64,000 nt of DNA from Phoronis australis (Eukaryota; Animalia; Phoronida): assembly GCA_002633005.1 (NCBI GenBank), contig NMRA01000026.1, forward strand, positions 1,508,710-1,572,709, given 5' to 3'. The notes under the pieces are model-generated. The model was given only the letters and a program-made list of their open reading frames with translations, searched no databases and was not told the origin of the DNA. The position numbers and the translations under genes are program-made. Positions 28,101 to 40,300 of the stretch are shown piece after piece; position 1 is the stretch's first letter; each line of letters starts with the position of its first letter.

Positions 28101-31100
28101 GCTCTTTGGCCAAGTACAAGAATGATAAATTACATAAACATTATGCGATTTGCTATATACATTAAATGTGTCATCTCTATGGGTGATATTTGGCAATGCT
28201 TTTGAAGTGAGTCCCTATGCTGTCATGGGTGAATGTGTTGGTTATTGTAGTAGATATGTTTGAGTGACAGAAATCAATTTAATCTTAGATATTGGGATGT
28301 GTTTCAATTTATGTTTACAGAACTTAGCTCCAGTCCTAGGCAAAATCCTCTTATGGCACAAAAGCTATCATCTGATGACATTTGGCTTCCAGACTGGATT
28401 GATTACCGTAAGTAAGATTTCGTGTGCATTGTTCTGATGTCAATAACGTAACTTAATGCCCAGGGCACTTGAAGTGGGGGTTTAAAGATTGGGTTAACAA
28501 GTTCGGGGTCGGGGTTTACCGGGCTTTTACACGAAGGGTCGATTGTGTTAACGCCAGGAGATGTCAGACTTCACATGCAAAAGCTTTTCTTTTTATAACA
28601 ACAACAGATTATAGACCATTGGAATGATCCCATACAGTAATTTAGGAGGCACAGCCAATTTTTTCACACAAGATATCTTCAAATTTTTCGACGCAAACGT
28701 TTCGCAAACGTAATCTAATGAGTTGGCATTGTGCTGCTCGTGGGAATGCTTCCAGGTCTTTTTGCACACAAGTATGATCAATGTGGTAGGCTACCTCAGA
28801 GAACAATAATACTATAATGCACACTTTTTGGGAGATAAAATTCAGATGAGAGAAGCACTCACAAAGATGCAGGCCCCATTAAGGAAGTAAAAATTTGAAA
28901 ATTTTGGGGGTGGGTGGTAAGCCAACCATGGGCATTGACCTGGCCGAATGTGGGGCAATAGTTTGATATAACGTGCCTGCATTTTGAGAACGAGATTTCT
29001 CCACTGAATAACAACCATACTGAGGAACTTTGCCCAACATAATCTAAGAAAATTTTACCTGTCGAAATGTACTTGCAAAATGTTAAATAAACCATTTCAA
29101 GCTGTGACGACAAAAAATTCAATATTGTATTGAATAGCCTAGGGTGCTTGTTTGTTGTCAATTTTATGGCACTTCTGTGACAAGATACTAGTGAGTGGTC
29201 TCGAAACATCAACAAATAACAGTAAGAATCATATCTTAACTAGTATGTTCAGTGTTAAGTTAATGAGCTCTTGACTGAATTTTTTCACTGCAAAACTTGG
29301 TTTTATTGAATGGGATGAATGTTTCAAGGTGTTTATTTGCAGTGCCAATATACTGCTTTTAGAGCACCAATTCAAGGTAATCGCAAATTGTGTCCAACTG
29401 TTCACCTTTATGTAGTACAGTAGGCAGTTGGGGAAAATGACAGGTAGAGGGAGGCACTGATTGTGAGGAGTTGTCACAGCCACTTTATCAAGTTCATAAA
29501 AATAAACAGTGTTTGGTTTGCGTAAGACATCAATGGAGTTCTAGTGGGAACACATAGTATGTGGCGAGCTCTCTGCCTCATTCTATGACCATTTAATTGC
29601 ATTACTACTGAGCATCCCATTATAATAAAGGTAGAAATGTTTCTTTTTATTTTCAGGAGGCGTAGCCAAAGAGTTGAAATCAAAAACAAGGTACAAAAAC
29701 TTGAAGGAACTGTTCCGCTTACAAGACTGCTTGCACAATATCCAGAGTGGCCTGTGTCAGCTTCATGTGCTGGAGGCAGTCGCAGGGGAGGTAATTCCTT
29801 TTCTGACGAATGCTGAGGTAGACAGGTATGTTTGACATTTCAAGGACCATAATACAGTCGAACCAAATTATATTGAACCTTTCCAAGACTTTTCTAAAAC
29901 ATTCGCTGTAACTGAAGTCTGCTGTAATTAAGGAGAATGCTACCCGATTTAATTAAGCGGTCTATTGCCACATCACCTCGTATACGGTCGACCTTACCTT
30001 GCCGAGAGGTGTCGCATCTACCTGTGAGGAAGGTGAGTAAACGATGCACCAACGTCAGTGGTTCTTCTGTAGAGTGAGTGCACTTGTGTGAACTATAATA
30101 AATTACTTACCTATTAGTCTAATCTCACTTGTGATGTCCGACCTGATTTGTAAGGTTGAATTGCTTGCAATGTTTCTATCCACAAGTCCCCAACCAACTG
30201 TACTGAATACAACTTCGGTTGAAACACAAGTTCGAGTAAGGTCACGAGAAGGTTCGTTGTAACGTGGTTTGACTGTAAGTGAATGTTGCACGTTCTTTGT
30301 TATTCATTTGTAATACTTGTCAACCTTTTTGTGCACACATAAACAAATGTGGGTGCATATTGCCCTCATCTATGTCTGGGCATCTAGTGACTATTGTTTG
30401 CTGGTGTATCTTGTAGAACTCTTGCAAGATCTTTGGCAACAACTTTTCAGACCGATCTGTACTGCATTTGCCCCAGTTTTATCTTTTTACTCTTACCTCT
30501 GTATCTTCAAAGATTCCTGACAGAATTTCATGGATTTTGGGAAGAAAATTTCACTAGCTTTTCCATTTTCAGATTGATTCAATTCATTCTGCCCCATCTG
30601 GTGGCCATTTTTTATTTCAAAATATGTTTTTATTGGCAAATTTGTTCTTATAAAGACTGGCGCTGATTTTCGCATGACTTCGTCTTCATTGGAGCCCTAG
30701 TGGCAATTTTCTGACTTTGTGGCTGTATTTGTATGAAGGTGACAGTGTGCGACGATTTCTTTCTGATGATTCTGTTTATCTATGTGCCTAGCTCTTGATG
30801 GCAATGTATTTTTTTACATTTGCCGCTATATCTTCTGAGTTCCTGGACGAATTTTCATGAAATTTTACAAATTGGTTTTTATGACAGAGATGAGGATGCC
30901 TTCTCATTTCCGGATGGGTTCGACATAATTTTAGGCTCACTTTATGGAGTTTGTTTCTGGAAGTTCAATCGGATAAGTTCTGTCCTTGGCCTCTTGAAAT
31001 GACACAGTTTGTTGTTAAGTTTCCGATTACAATGTTGCTCTTGTTACCTTTTTGTTGCTCTCAGGTAGCCATTACTTTGGACGTCTTTTGTGAATCCTGT

Positions 31101-32224
31101 TTTCTCCGATATTTACATACAGTAAAATCTCACCAATTTCGGACACAATATGGCTGACAGGTGACATTTTATTTCCTCATTTTTCGTATTAGATATACAT
31201 CATCAACTTAATACTTTACCATGCTCGTGTTTTGTATCTTACCATCACACAAAATTTTGAAAACTTCTGGGGCCTCTCAACAATGCAAGACTGTTTTTGC
31301 CCGAAATTTGAGCGATTTACCGTATATTCTTCACTATTGTCACAGATACCCTCAAGCAGTTGGCTCTCTGTCACTGCATTGCGTCATTTTTAATTTGACT
31401 AATTGCTTGAAGGTCCAACAATCAAGGCATGATTTTCCAATGCCAATGTATAATGTAAGTGAATACCTCTGTGCTTACATTAATAGTTAAGTGTTAAAAT
31501 ACAGTCAAGTTTGACAAATATCCGTGGATGTGTGATGTTAAGTTCTTTGCCATCGCGACTTCAATCAAAGACGAGAAAATGCGGAGAGTGGATAAAGTAA
31601 ACTCGTCAAATTAATTTTGAACCGAACAGAATTCCTTTTCTTATGAGAAGATACCATTTTCAATTGTGGTATAACGGTTTGTGACATGACCAGTGGAAAT
31701 GTGCTTCAAATTCAAAAACGATGCCACTGAAAACAACATGCTTTCTTGGCTTCGAGACAAATGAGGCTGCAATCACTGTGTAATCCTAATGGAACTATTG
31801 GAGCAAAATGCTCTCAATGCAGGAGACCAAACTGAAAACAGATATTAACTTTTAAGGAAATTCTTGTACTCCTACTATTGAAACTAAGTAAAGTACCACT
31901 TATGAGCCGGATAATATCAAGTCTAAATCACTTGATTTCAGCATTTCTTTAAAATGAAGCAAACTTCAATTTCTTTCTTATTAAGTTACTGGACTGATTT
32001 CAAGTCTTGTTTGGCATTGGACAAGTCTCTGTGTAGATTCACATCGCAAACCCATTTAGAAGCACGTACCCAAGGGCATCACCTCAAGGCAACTTGTTGT
32101 TTATAGCAAAGTTAATTTTGATTTCAGTAAATTCGTGGACATGTACCGGACAACTTATGGTCTGCTGTGTTCTTACGGTCAAATGTTTCCTGCCATGGTA
32201 GCTGATCAAGAAGAAACAAACTAA
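13011..32224 (+). CDS. TEDC2: Tubulin epsilon and delta complex protein 2-like (C16orf59-like), ~616 aa, 10 exons; first coding exon uncertain
   Basis: Exons: 13011-13081 (tentative; alternative 20119-20171), 21070-21168 (AINQLLMLYDVCDQKKRQCEQVCQDCRRLMKPW), 22198-22381 (IQLVKQLLNKAQSSR), 23074-23858 (low complexity, ends PFCILRDG), 24665-24809, 26577-26688, 26984-27085, 28321-28407, 29657-29825 (YKNLKELFRLQDCLHNIQSGLCQLHVLEAVAGEVIPFL), 32128-32224 (FVDMYRTTYGLLCSYGQMFPAMVADQEETN*). Phases join into one open frame of 1851 nt. Blocks resemble recalled human TEDC2 motifs (CRRLLHAW, LTQALEKAVRVR, FTLKEKG, YSSTQELQTL, CRAVHSLLCEGG). Confidence 0.8.
13098..13531. mobile_element. MITE with long imperfect TIRs, flanked by TA (Tc1/mariner-like)
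   Basis: CTGCTGTGCGTGAACTTGGAA at 13098 and its reverse complement ending at 13531; TA on both sides. Confidence 0.7.
13840..14180. repeat. Dispersed repeat, homologous to 39698-40018
   Basis: Shared ATAGC.TTGGT.CAAAGCTGTATACTAAATATACAGC...GAAACTGGTTTCA in the same orientation. Confidence 0.7.
14578..14739. mobile_element. Short CAG-ended non-autonomous element with 5-bp TSD (hAT5-like)
   Basis: Ends CAGTTGGCGGAT / ATCTGCCCCTG, TSD GTTTG both sides; inverted homolog at 59367-59509. Confidence 0.7.
15788..15815 (+). repeat. (GGT)n microsatellite
   Basis: About nine GGT/TGG units; source of the spurious poly-His/poly-Thr ORFs. Confidence 0.9.
17559..19941. mobile_element. 2.4-kb hAT-like DNA transposon with 5-bp TSD, internal tandem repeats and a decayed transposase fragment
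   Basis: TIRs CAGTGGCGTATCTACG / CGTAGATCCGCCACTG; TSD ATTTT; ~60-bp internal repeats at ~18280-18570; right ~600 bp homologous to 45430-45997. Confidence 0.75.
18630..19320 (-). pseudogene. Degraded hAT-family (ZMYM1/THAP12-like) transposase fragment
   Basis: Frameshifted minus-strand peptides NGLGNLKGLSV, DADIVEAYKLIDTAVDEVQALGTNIEDIWVEWFQD...IQIPRQSRQQKDRTN, MFNRPPK and LTR*N resemble recalled hAT motifs (FNxSPKR, TRW, LSxxLQ..DIVEAY, PR...Q.HR.N). Confidence 0.55.
27129..27256. mobile_element. Small hairpin MITE
   Basis: 18-bp TIR CTTGCACTTG(T/A)TGACCCC with one mismatch; internal TTTTGAGT/ACTCAAAA inverted motifs. Confidence 0.55.
27422..27665. repeat. Two imperfect tandem copies of a ~118-bp unit
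   Basis: ACTAGAGCTTACTGACCAGTACACT...GAAGTGTCATTTGCTCCC.TTGGTAGATTCAATG repeated at 27422 and 27540. Confidence 0.85.
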
Positions 32225-32832
32225 TAGGGAAAGCACCTAGACTGTATTCATGTGTTACACTAAATTGCTGTCAATATTTCTTGGTGGTTCACTTGTTTGC
32301 TAAAGCCACAATGCTCAGCTGTTAACTCCATCTACTGGGCTCTTCTCCACTATTGGCCATATTGGTATCCAATTCCATGTACATCATCACCGGTCACCGT
32401 TACAGCTTAAAGAAATCAGTCTTCAGACACAGTCAGAATTCAAATCTACTGTAAAACTACTTTCTTAGCAATGAGATGGCTAAAAATGTCTTTGGGTGGA
32501 ACCCTTCATTTTAGTTCATTAATATGTAAGCATGTACGCCTTGCAAACATACTTCCATCTTGATTTTTGCTCAGTTGAGTTTTCATTTCATTATGAAGAG
32601 AATAAGAAAAAAATCAATTATTCGATGTTTATTTTTTGAATTCACAGTATACACCAGAATTCCAAAAACTTGATGTCTTCATCTTCAGTGCAGCATCTGT
32701 GGAACTGCCACATAGTGACGACAAACACATTGCTCTGAACTCAACAAGTAACCATACGGTTAAACCTTGTTACAACACACATCAAGGCACCTTCAAAATC
32801 TGTGGGTTGCAACTTTGTTGTAACTAGGTTAG

Positions 32833-32856
32833 ACATACATACATACATACATACAT
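32833..32856 (+). repeat. (ACAT)n microsatellite
   Basis: Six ACAT units. Confidence 0.9.
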
Positions 32857-33621
32857 CAGGTAGAATCAACACTTGGTACGTTATATTGCTGTTTGTGTTC
32901 TAGATGGGCTATGTTGTAACAACTTTCAGCTGCAACAACAACATTACAGTTACTCAAAGCCCATGGGTTTATAAAAGCAATCCTGGGTGCTTTTTGGTAC
33001 TACCAATTTTTCATGCATCCTAAGCTAATGGTCAATTTCTACAGGAGTGTCCATGCACTACTCTGGATAAGGCTGCTGGAAGCCATTCACAAGAGTTTGG
33101 AAACCTGAAATTAATACAACAGCCACATGCCTTGTAAAGTAACTTCACTGAAAAGGGTTGAACCATTGGAACACAGTATTCCAGAAGTGGAAATATGGAA
33201 ATAAAGCACTTCTTAAGTGTTCTTGCAACTTCTTGGCAAATAAATACAAGGTATTGGATAATTTGCAATTGTCACTAAGTATTGCTCTTTTAAAATGCAG
33301 AATTTTTTTCTAAATTAGCTATTTTAGAAGACAATTGGTCTTCCACAGTGGCGCATCGCAATTTTTTTTTTGAACAGCATTCTTATCTCAAAAGCACTTG
33401 TTCATTATAAGAGGGAGGCCCTGTGAAGCTGGAGAAGAGTACAGTCGTTACTTTAAGGAATTAAACCAAGGCTTGCTGAAACTATAGGCTGAAGAGATAG
33501 ATACAGAGGATACAGAAATGAGGAGTAGCAGGTGTTAAAAACAGCAATATTGCAGAGTATACAGACCTTGAAGTAAAGCAGCATGCAAAAGATGAAACAA
33601 AAATCTAGGTTAAACTGAATT

Positions 33622-34955
33622 AGGGCTGTTCCAGGGAGGTAGGGGCGGCAGTTGAAATAAAAATTTATGGGTGGTGGTCTTTAGAAGAAAATGCAGATTA
33701 TGGGCGAAACTTCTTGAAAGAAGTATATCATTAAAAGTGGGTGGTCTTTTTTGTCCTGTAAATGTTGACAGTATGGTATTTTCAGCCAAACACAGACAAT
33801 ACCCTCTGAAAAAACAACCAAAAATTTACTTTGCAGTTTCCAAATATCCAAAAACAACAAAAGAAGACCATGTTGCTAGTGTACAGAGTGCAATATGTAC
33901 ACTATGCTATTATTCAAGCCCCAGGCAACTTGATTACAGAGACATGTTGTAAAGTCACATGAGAATGGAAGTCACTAGAGCACTAAACTGGTGTTAACAC
34001 ATCTAAGAAAATTGGTGACTTTTTTAATAAAAAGTATGAAGATTCAGACAGACAGTTCCAATATTCACTTGGCACAGCAGCCTGAAAGCATTCGTGAAGA
34101 CACTTTGAGATTCATAGAATTATGAAATTGAAAAAATCTTGTTGAAATTACCAACACATGGTGGACAGAGACACCTGGTGGCTGCCAAAAGTATTACTCA
34201 CAGGTGTTTTTGAAAAGCAAGTTTCTAGTAACTGTGATCTCACATGAAATTTTTCTGCATCCACAAAAACTTTTGTGGTCACACATGGTCGGCATCCCGT
34301 CCATCCATTCTCTGTGCGTCGATCGGTCCGTCTTGTCATCATCATTTCATGTCCGTCAATTATCTCAACAACCGCTTGGCGAATCATGATGAATTATGGT
34401 ATAGAGGTAGTTGGTGGGGATGCACCAGCACCAGTGGATTTTCAAATGGATTTGGCTACCGCGGTACCCCACATTGGCCGCTTCAGTATTCGACAAGCCA
34501 TTCCTTGTGTGTTGATGATCTCAAAAACTGCTTGACGGATCACAATGAAATTTGGTACAGAGATATATGGCAAGAATGTGCCGGCACCAGTCGATTATTG
34601 GATGGATTCAACTACTGTGGCACCTCCTGTTAGTTTTTCGACTGCTCAACTCATTGCTTGTCCATTGATTATCTTGAAACCACTTAAAAGATCATGGAGA
34701 CGTTTGCCATTGAGATAGATGGCTGGTATGCACCCGCACCATTTGATTTTCGGACAGATTTGGCTATTGCAGCACCTCCTGTTGGCCATTTTAGTTTTTG
34801 CCAAGACAGGTTGATAATCTCAAAAACTGCATTTTATACTTCAGCTAATTAAAAATTATGGGTCGTGAGTTGAAGTAATAAAAGAGAAATTTGGGCGATT
34901 CGTAAGAAATGTAAGTGCCTTCCCCCTCCCACACATTTTGTACTGGAACAGCCCT
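33622..34955. mobile_element. Second copy of the AGGGCTGTTCCAG MITE, with a nested ~580-bp insert made of ~125-bp degenerate tandem units
   Basis: Same TIRs and internal homology to 1641-2448; extra segment ~34255-34830 with repeated ATCTCAAAAAC.GCTTG...GAAATTTGGTA...GGATT units. Confidence 0.75.
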
Positions 34956-35249
34956 TAATGTTTCCTCAGCCCAACTGTGTTTAAACTGAAAAGTGTTAAG
35001 CCCTCAGTAATACGCCCAAAGCTAAGTCGACTGCTTGTGAAGAAAGGTGTCAAAATAGCAGTCCACTAGTTTCTCCAAAAAAAGCATAGCCAGTATTTTG
35101 GATGAGACGTCAGCTGGCCGACTGGATCTCCATCACCGACCATTCTCTCCGTCAACATCGAACGGACCTCAGTCTGCACTGCTCGAACCCCTTACTCAGC
35201 ATCAGCAACAACGCTTACTGCCACTGGTTACACTCGATACTAACAGCTC

Positions 35250-35678
35250 CTAAGGTAAATTATGAAAAATCAGATCAATAAGAGGTGACGTTTATTGAAA
35301 AAGTTTAAAATGTAATAAAAAATGAATAAACAACTTCATCAAATTGAGTCCATCATCAAGGTTAACCAATACAAAACATTAAATTTACCTCAGCAATTCA
35401 AAGAAAATTGTAAGCCCTAACAAGACCATTGTCCAAATTTGAACAGATGTAAGGCAAAGTTTCTTCATGCAGCCTTGTACAATCCTTTCAAAGAAATCTT
35501 GTTATACTTTGGCAGAAATTTTCGTAAGCAACAAATTCCAGAACTGGAAAATGACTGCACCAATATTTTTAAACATTAATTCAGTTCATACATGCAACCA
35601 CCGACACAGTTTTTATTGATCCATAATTCCAATTGACGAGTGCGAAAACAAGAACAAGACAAAACACAGAATAGTAAC
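35250..35678 (-). other. Candidate 3'UTR intron of SRSF2-A containing a poly(A) signal
   Basis: Donor AAG|GTTACT 103 nt after the stop; AATAAA at 35296-35291; pyrimidine tract and CCTTAG| acceptor at 35250. Confidence 0.6.
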
Positions 35679-37311
35679 CTTTTAGCTGTCCATCAGGTGA
35701 CAATACCAGTTCTATATACAACAGGTGGCAGCACCAGTCCTTTACACAGCAGTGTTCAAACTGACTCCTGGCCAACAGCGACTATGATCTGGATCGGCTG
35801 CGACTATTAGATCGAGATCTGGATGTGCGTCTGACAGGAGTACGAGATTTAGACGTGTGTGTGACTGGACTACGACTCTTGCTCCGGCTAGCACTGTGAC
35901 TGTACTGTCTGTTCTTCTGGCGAGGTGACCGACTACGAGAGCGACTCTTACTGCGGCTGTAGGAACGGTCTCTTCTCCCGTAGTATGGGGATCTGGACCT
36001 TGACCTATTTAAAATCAAAACCCTATATCATGAAATTTGTTTCTATTTGATAATTTGCATTGTCACATGCAGCCTGGTGTTAACAAGAGCTCATTTTTTT
36101 CATAAAGCAGGGCACTACTGCAACTACATTAGTTTGGGCATTCAGAATTGTAATATTGCACAATCAGCAAACTACTAACTGGCTAACCATAGTGGCAAAC
36201 AAATGCTTATTCAGTGGGCCTCAAAACTAAAAAGCTCAGAGAAAATGTTCTTGCTGGCAACTCAGTTAACAGGGTCCAAATTTAGCAAAATTAAAGAGTT
36301 AAAATACCTATGGTCTAGTCAACTTTGCCAGTAAACTTTGAAATTTGAAATTCTACAGTATGGGATTGATTTTTTGCTCAAGGTCGGAGCTTCTACAANC
36401 ATTGTCCAAATTTGAACAGATGTAAGGCAAAGTTTCTTCATGCAGCCTTGTACAATCCTTTCAAAGAAATCTTGTTATACTTTGGCAGAAATTTTCGTAA
36501 GCAACAAATTCCAGAACTGGAAAATGACTGCACCAATATTTTTAAACATTAATTCAGTTCATACATGCAACCACCGACACAGTTTTTATTGATCCATAAT
36601 TCCAATTGACGAGTGCGAAAACAAGAACAAGACAAAACACAGAATAGTAACCTTTTAGCTGTCCATCAGGTGACAATACCAGTTCTATATACAACAGGTG
36701 GCAGCACCAGTCCTTTACACAGCAGTGTTCAAACTGACTCCTGGCCAACAGCGACTATGATCTGGATCGGCTGCGACTATTAGATCGAGATCTGGATGTG
36801 CGTCTGACAGGAGTACGAGATTTAGACGTGTGTGTGACTGGACTACGACTCTTGCTCCGGCTAGCACTGTGACTGTACTGTCTGTTCTTCTGGCGAGGCG
36901 ACCGACTACGAGAGCGACTCTTACTGCGGCTGTAGGAACGGTCTCTTCTCCCGTAGTATGGGGATCTGGACCTTGACCTATTTAAAATCAAAACCCTGTA
37001 TCATGAAATTTGTTTCTATTTGATAATTTGCATTGTCACATGCAGCCTGGTGTTAACAAGAGCTTATTTTTCATAAAGCAGGGCACTACTGCAACTACAT
37101 TAGTTTGGGCATTCAGAATTGTAATATTGCACAATCAGTAAACTACTAACTGGCTAAGCATAGTGGCAAACAAATGCTTATTCAGTTAACAGGGTCCAAA
37201 TTTAGCAAAATTAAAGAGGTAAAATACCTATGGTCTAGTCAACTTTGCCAGTAAACTTTGAAATTCTACAGTATGGGATTGATTTTTTGCTCAAGGTCGG
37301 AGCTTCTACAA
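35427..37311. repeat. Near-identical direct duplication (35427-36398 / 36400-37311) at a contig join; likely uncollapsed haplotypes
   Basis: Copies differ by a few SNPs and small indels (including one of ~50 bp); separated by exactly one N. Confidence 0.85.
35782..36004 (-). other. Second copy of SRSF2-A coding exon 3 (RS domain), part of a probable haplotype duplication
   Basis: Same translation as 36755-36977; lies in block 35427-36398, which is repeated at 36400-37311 across a single N at 36399. Confidence 0.85.
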
Positions 37312-40300
37312 AATTTTAGTAACAGGTGATAATGGCAGTCCCAAAGTCAAGAATTACAATCAATGGCAAATGACCACCCACCTCTACATTATACACTATA
37401 GGGATGCATGGAAGGATTGCATTGGAGCTACTTTATACTATTCTATTAACTGCCAAGTATATTGTAAGAGTTTGTTAGATACAAAACAATGACGAATGCC
37501 AAAATCGCTAGGGTTCTAATCTTCAGAATTGAGAAATTCTTGAATTTCAGTATCCCAATTAAGAGAATTTGAACTGCAACAATTCTAAAACTCTACAGTA
37601 ACGTCTTCAATTTTTTAATAATATCAGACAGTCCTGAAAAAATCATTGAGCGCGGAACTTGTAGACAATGAGCCTCTCCGCTGTTGTATCGGTGTTCAGC
37701 CGTGACTATACACTTCAAACTTCCGCAGTGCTTCAAAACAAACGCAAAAGTTTTGTTGATCTTGCAAGGAACACGTCCCACTATGGTCAGGCCTTTCAGA
37801 ACAGACACAGCATACGGGATTGTATTTATATCTTTCCCCATACAGGTCTTCTCCCTCAACAGGAATCCATATTTTTTTGAACACGTGAAAACCGCGAATC
37901 GAAGACTAATGAAAAAACTTGACCTGTGTTAAAAACACGTGGCCATGAAACGCACGCTACACACACGTAGGCCTGCTACGGGGGCAAGTGAACTCTGGTG
38001 ACACGTATGCGCTTGCTCACTCGGCACACACCTGCAGACGAACTTCTAAACAAACCTCACGTGACAATAACGTGTGTTCGTCGCTGTTCGTCCATATTTT
38101 TCTCGTGTTGCGGGGTGCGATCTAGCGAAGATTTTAACTTAATCTGCAATTAATCCTGATTCCACATTAACTTAAAAATTTTAGGGACGCTATTTGGAAA
38201 ACTTAAGGAGGATTTCAGGTAGTTTGTTGAGTAGAAACTGTATTTTTATTCAAGGATTCAAGTTCTCCTATCAACGATCGCGAGGCGGCGATGCATCAGT
38301 CGGCAAGTTTCGTCCTGAGACTTCCTCCTACTGAAAAAGGATCTAATTTAACAACGAAGTTTGATAGCAATGCACCACAATTTTGTGGACAGACTATCAT
38401 AGGTTACAGATACGTCGCAGAGCGTACTAAATTTAATGAACGCTAGCTTCCGATTTCACCGTTTTCGGAGACAGGGTTAGGCTATAATAAGTGCCACCCC
38501 TCCAAATTATTTTTTCTAAGCGCCTTGGGCGCTTATTAGGGCGAATACGGCAACTGCCAAATTTCATGAAAATCCGTTGAGGACCTCCGAAGATACAGAG
38601 GTAAGCATAAAAAAAAATTGACACTAGAGGGCACACCGGTAGTTGGAGAGGTCCGAAATTTGCCGTCATCTGTTGCCAGCTTCACAGGAACATTGCCAAA
38701 TATCAAGATCCTGGGGTTTAGGCAATACAGCTGCGGACACCGAACACCCGGATGCCCATACAGAGACGACAGCAATATGCACTCACATATATAATTGTGG
38801 GCGCATGTTTATTGTTTCTAATTCACAACAATTTCATCACATTACAGACAAGCATATGATCAAAATCACATTTAATTTCACACCCATTACACAGCTGTCA
38901 AAGCCGATTTCTACATTTTATCCGTAGATCATGTTTGACGGTCCATGTGCTATGTTTCTACGTGCATGCGAGTCCGTGACCGTGTATTTTTGGGTACATG
39001 AATCGTAATTTGCGAGTCCGATCTCGTGTGTTTGAATTAGTAAACAGTGTTTGCAGGTACGTGAGTGTGTTTTGGCGTTCGACACCATGTTTAGCATTCC
39101 GTTACAAATGCAAGAAGCTGTTACTAACCGTCCATAGCGCCCTCCCCGATATGAGCCACCACCACCACCACCTCCACTGTATCTCCTAGGAGGGCCCCTT
39201 CGACTTCTTGAATCGTCTGATGGCCGTCCGTACTTGGCCATCTGTACCCTCAGCTCCCTTCCATGTAAAACCTTCCCATCCAGACCGTCAATAGCCCCAT
39301 CAGCATCGTCTTTGTTGTAAAATCGTACAAACGCAAAACCTGTGAAGCAACAATCAAGGCTGGTGTTAGGACCACTTGACATTAAGTTCCAGGGTCTCAA
39401 GGGAGCTGGAATATAAACTTGTGCTCACTCGAACAAACATTTGCTTTCTTGACTTGCAAACCAATGACAGTTGGTTTCTGCGATGACAAACTGCCAGTTC
39501 TTTCCAAACCCATAAATCACATTAATTTTCACAATGGAGCAATTTGAAACCAAATTCCTATTAATTTAAGTGACGTAGATCCAATTTTGATTTTAGTGAT
39601 ACCCTAAAAATGTCTAACACTCAGTAAGGGTGTATATCCACAGTTTGTTTGTGTAAACAGTACCACCATCTGAACTGGGCTAGGACAGCTGACACAGACA
39701 TAGCATTGGTGCAAAGCTGTATACTAAATATACAGCTTTGGGTAGAAAAAACTGGCCAAATAAAATCTGACAAAAAATTAGTGTCATTAAAAACTACACT
39801 CTATCTTGAGAATTTACCAGAGTTAGAAAAGAAGAATTGGCATTCTATCATTATTCTGCCCCTTAGGTAGTGGGGCAATCCTGTGCATCGGCTTTCGGCA
39901 CCATGAAACACAACGTCACTATTGGCCAGTATCTTTTTGCCGATTCTTCAATGAACTGTTCATCTCCCATCAGGTTGCGTACATGTCACAACAAATTATC
40001 GAAACTGGTTTCATTTCACAACAAGTTTTTAGTATTTTAATGCCTGCCAACCGAATTTCAGAGCAAACTTGCTGTTTCAAAACTGTCATGGTCTCCCAAG
40101 ATGTCACAAAGAATTTAGGAAAAGGCATGCGTTACGAGCGTACTGTTTTCAAAACGACATACAAAAGGCAGAGAATTATGCAAGAAAATGATGTTTATTA
40201 GACTGCTTTTCACTTAAACGGTTGTAACAGGCAAGGTGTTGGCTAACTGCCAGATTTTGCTAGACATGTAACCCTAAATAAGTACTTACGGACTAACCTT

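Noticed and set aside
35427-37311. Apparent duplicated, mutually exclusive RS-domain exons of SRSF2-A
   Set aside because: Copies are near-identical including intron and UTR and are joined by a single N; best explained as uncollapsed haplotypes.
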